Shown: positions 61,287 to 64,000 of the stretch, in pieces
Layout: every line of letters begins with the position of its first letter
How positions within the stretch are numbered: the first letter of the stretch is position 1
NCBI GenBank assembly: GCA_963422735.1
Contig: OY730476.1
Coordinates: 2,784,001 to 2,848,000 of the forward strand
Reading direction: 5' to 3'
DNA: 64,000 nucleotides
DNA from: Candidatus Latescibacterota bacterium
Lineage (GTDB): Bacteria; Latescibacterota; UBA2968; UBA8231
The notes under the pieces: generated by a model
Database searches by the model: none
Told to the model about the DNA's origin: nothing
What the model saw: only the letters and a program-made list of their open reading frames with translations
Program-made: the position numbers and the translations under genes

Positions 61287-62347
61287 CGGTTCAGAATCTC
61301 CAAGACGTGTTCTAGCAGAGGCTGCTCCTCGGCGGCCAGTGCGTCGAGCATCTCGCTCGCCCGCGTGAGCGTGTCAGGCCGTTGATGCGTTTTCCAGCGC
61401 AACAGCACTAAGCGCAAACTGCGCGTCTTGCGCTCGATGGCACCAAAGCGCAGCCCAAGCTGCGCCGCCGGATCGAGATAGCCCCGCGCTTCCATGTACT
61501 GCAACCGCGCCTGCATACCCGTTTTGTGCTCCCACAGGATGCGCCATGAGATGTCGCGATAGGCGGCCGGGTCTTCCAGTTCGCGCCGGAGGAACACATA
61601 GACGTCCCTGCCCCAAAAGCCACCCTCTCGCGGCGCAGCCAACAGCCGGTAACGCTGCGCCGTGTCGGCGGCGAACAGATAGTCGGCCAACTGTTCGGCC
61701 ACTGCACACGGGTCGAAGGTATACCATTGGTCGGGCAAATACTTGTAGAGAAATACTCGCGGGCGATCTTCCATCGACGAAAGAAACCATGCCGGCAGGG
61801 GCCGGCCGGCTTGCGATACCTGCTGCATGTGGCCTTCGCGGGTGAACGAACACGCCCGTTCCATGACGACAAACGGTACGCGAGAGATCGCGTATCCACC
61901 CTGTTGGTCGAAGCCGGACAGCAGCAAGGTCCGTTCCTCGGTATCGTAGCCGGACACGAGCACTTCGTGGATGAAGTGATGCCGCTGATAGTGCGGTCGG
62001 TTGGGCAGATAGAAGAAATCGACATCGGTCTGGACGTAATAGCCGCGGTCAATACACGAGACGATCCATGAGATAATATCCGCGGTAGCCAGCCCTAGCA
62101 GGTGGCGGTCAACGGTCTGGACGTCGAGAAAGGGACAGGTGGAAAAGTAGAGATGGCGCACCTCATGGCGGGTGCAGAAGGGATGGGTGTAGAACTTCAG
62201 CTCTTCGCCGGGGAAATTGAACAGTTGAATGTGGGTGCTGTATAGCCACGGCAGGTAGGTATCCGCTTGGGCGAGGATGGACAGCGGGTACGCATGGAAT
62301 AGATAGGAACGGATCGGCGGCGGATGCAGGGGCAGGGTGTGCTGCAA
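61283..62347 (-). CDS. Hypothetical biosynthetic-cluster protein (BtrH-N / papain-fold-like); start uncertain
   Basis: IDRGYYV..VD.FYLP, HEVLVSGYD, WEHK. Confidence 0.55.
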   Translation of the reverse strand: MQHTLPLHPPPIRSYLFHAYPLSILAQADTYLPWLYSTHIQLFNFPGEELKFYTHPFCTRHEVRHLYFSTCPFLDVQTVDRHLLGLATADIISWIVSCIDRGYYVQTDVDFFYLPNRPHYQRHHFIHEVLVSGYDTEERTLLLSGFDQQGGYAISRVPFVVMERACSFTREGHMQQVSQAGRPLPAWFLSSMEDRPRVFLYKYLPDQWYTFDPCAVAEQLADYLFAADTAQRYRLLAAPREGGFWGRDVYVFLRRELEDPAAYRDISWRILWEHKTGMQARLQYMEARGYLDPAAQLGLRFGAIERKTRSLRLVLLRWKTHQRPDTLTRASEMLDALAAEEQPLLEHVLEILNR

Positions 62348-62351
62348 GGAG

Positions 62352-62609
62352 TCAATCCGCCATCCGCTTGCCGACGACGTATTCAGCCAGCGCATTCACC
62401 GAGCCAAACAGTTCGACGGTCAGTTCGTCGTCTTTGACCGCGATGCCGAAGGCCTCCTCAATGGCGGCGACGATCTCTAAGGTGGCCATCGAATCGAGCT
62501 CCATACCCCCAAACAGGGCCTCGTCGTCGGGGATCTCCGCCGGGTCCACGTCCAATCCAAGGGCAGCGACGATCAGGCCCTTGATCTGCGCTTTTAATTG
62601 CTCGGACAC
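62352..62609 (-). CDS. Acyl carrier protein
   Basis: LDSMATLEIV..IEEAFGI with phosphopantetheine Ser. Confidence 0.9.
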   Translation of the reverse strand: MSEQLKAQIKGLIVAALGLDVDPAEIPDDEALFGGMELDSMATLEIVAAIEEAFGIAVKDDELTVELFGSVNALAEYVVGKRMAD

Positions 62610-64000
62610 GATGCAGACTCCTCGGCAAAATGGTTGACCACCGTATCCACCATCCGCTGTTGGCCTTCCTCTGACAAAATCGACACCGCCGGCAAGCTAA
62701 AACGATCTTCAAGCCGATTTAGGATACGGGCGATTTCTTCCGCGGTCATCGAATCCGCCTTGACGAAAGTGCGGCCGTAAGCAGCGCGGATGTACTTTTT
62801 TTGGTCGCTCATCGCCAAAAGCAGGGTCGGTGCTTTGGCAAGGGCGCGCAGGCTGTTGATGGTGTCTTGGATATACTCGTCGGCGTCAATGCTGTTGACT
62901 ACGAGGATACACGCATCCGGCTTGGTGCCCAGCAGAAAGGCCGTCGAGGTCAAAGAATGGGTGCGGTGTTCATGCACATCGTAGGGAATAGTGCCCGACT
63001 GCGAGCCGACCACGATGAGATCGGGCTGCTTCTGCTGGCTGAGTTGCCGCAGTTTGTAATCCAGATAGGGGACGTAGTATTGCAACGGCAGCGACACATT
63101 AGGGGCGTATCCCATAGGGAAGGCCCCGTCCATGCCAAACAGTGCCGCATGGTGCTCGGTGCCGATCTGACCGACTCTGTAACCGAGGTGCAAAAGGTGG
63201 CGGCGCAGGATCAGTTGCAAGGTGAACTTGCCCTGTTGGGCACTCGTGCCAAACACGCCCAACACTGGCACATCAACCGGACCATAGGCCGGCTCGGCTT
63301 GGAGGGCTTGCTGCACGTCGTCGGACGCGACCGAGGGATACGTCAGATGTAGCCCCTTCTTCCGGGCAAGATCGTATAGGTCGCCATACTCGTCTTGGGG
63401 CACGGCGAGGAAACTGAAAACATGGCAGTTGTGCTCCAAGGCGGTCTCAATGGATGTACGCAGCACGTCTTGCTTGCCAATCCGCCCTAACTGATCGACA
63501 TAGCCAAGGATGAGCGTATCCGCTTCCTCAAGGACCGAAGCGAGCCGAGGCCGAATGCGTACCCCGATGGCGGGTAGGCCAAGTACCGTGCCCGCATCTT
63601 GGCCTACCAGCCCCTTGCCCACCGGATCGGCAATACCCGCAATCTCAAAGGCGAGCAAATCTCGCGCCCGGACCAGCGCATGCATTTCCTTGTTGAACGG
63701 GTAGAGTGCCGCCTTCTGAATCCAAGTGAAGTCCGAGGATGGAGCGCAAGGAAGAGACACAGTCGTCGGACGCGGGCGCTCACGCTGGATTAGTTCCGGC
63801 GTCCCTTCTAGTGCGTTGGCCTGCAACAAATCGCGCACCTGTTCCAGCGGCGCACCCGGATGCGCTTGGCGAATCATGGCGACCACGCCAGTGACGTGCG
63901 GCGCGGCGAAGCTAGTGCCCGACATCATCAGATACGGCGGATCACTCCAGCAAACCCGTTGGGCATCGCCACGGGCGACGCATTCGATCTCGTGCCCCGG
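62594..64000 (-). CDS. S8 subtilase fused to a DUF1611-like P-loop domain (5' end outside window)
   Basis: GTSFAAPHVTG; GTSAQQGKFTLQ; VGSQSG; frame open to the window edge. Confidence 0.8.
   Translation of the reverse strand, partial: PGHEIECVARGDAQRVCWSDPPYLMMSGTSFAAPHVTGVVAMIRQAHPGAPLEQVRDLLQANALEGTPELIQRERPRPTTVSLPCAPSSDFTWIQKAALYPFNKEMHALVRARDLLAFEIAGIADPVGKGLVGQDAGTVLGLPAIGVRIRPRLASVLEEADTLILGYVDQLGRIGKQDVLRTSIETALEHNCHVFSFLAVPQDEYGDLYDLARKKGLHLTYPSVASDDVQQALQAEPAYGPVDVPVLGVFGTSAQQGKFTLQLILRRHLLHLGYRVGQIGTEHHAALFGMDGAFPMGYAPNVSLPLQYYVPYLDYKLRQLSQQKQPDLIVVGSQSGTIPYDVHEHRTHSLTSTAFLLGTKPDACILVVNSIDADEYIQDTINSLRALAKAPTLLLAMSDQKKYIRAAYGRTFVKADSMTAEEIARILNRLEDRFSLPAVSILSEEGQQRMVDTVVNHFAEESASCPSN

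Overview
The window has two parts. Bases 1 to ~33,370 are a mosaic, partly decayed prophage/phage-plasmid-like region. It carries a sugar/DNA-modification gene block: a TGT/DpdA-like gene broken by an in-frame TGA, an NDP-sugar SDR, a TerS-like HTH, a GREB1/TET-associated-type glycosyltransferase, two ParB-domain genes, WbqC, a DegT aminotransferase and, further away, a PIG-L deacetylase. It also has a radC/methyltransferase/Rieske block and a siphovirus-type tail module with no head, portal, TerL or integrase gene in the window. A ParA+RHH pair, an AAA ATPase+DUF4276-like pair, and HsdR and C5-methyltransferase remnants follow. Bases 819-5152 recur at 29648-33370 with one ParB gene recombined out. 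That second copy joins host DNA exactly at the arm/spacer boundary of an 11-6-11 dif/Xer-like site. An in-frame TGA also separates the 1653-aa tail protein from a His/collagen-repeat fibre. Bases ~33,400 to 64,000 are GC-rich host chromosome: catabolic genes with two PhyH dioxygenases, tRNA-Lys(CTT), efp-accB-accC-gcvH, scpAB-rluB-cmk-rpsA, mutS, rlmB and an lptD-like gene, plus a MITE. The window ends in an S8/DUF1611-ACP-BtrH-like biosynthetic cluster cut by the window edge. The gene content is reminiscent of Latescibacterota/Gemmatimonadota-like symbionts (inference only). All family calls come from motif recognition, not database searches.
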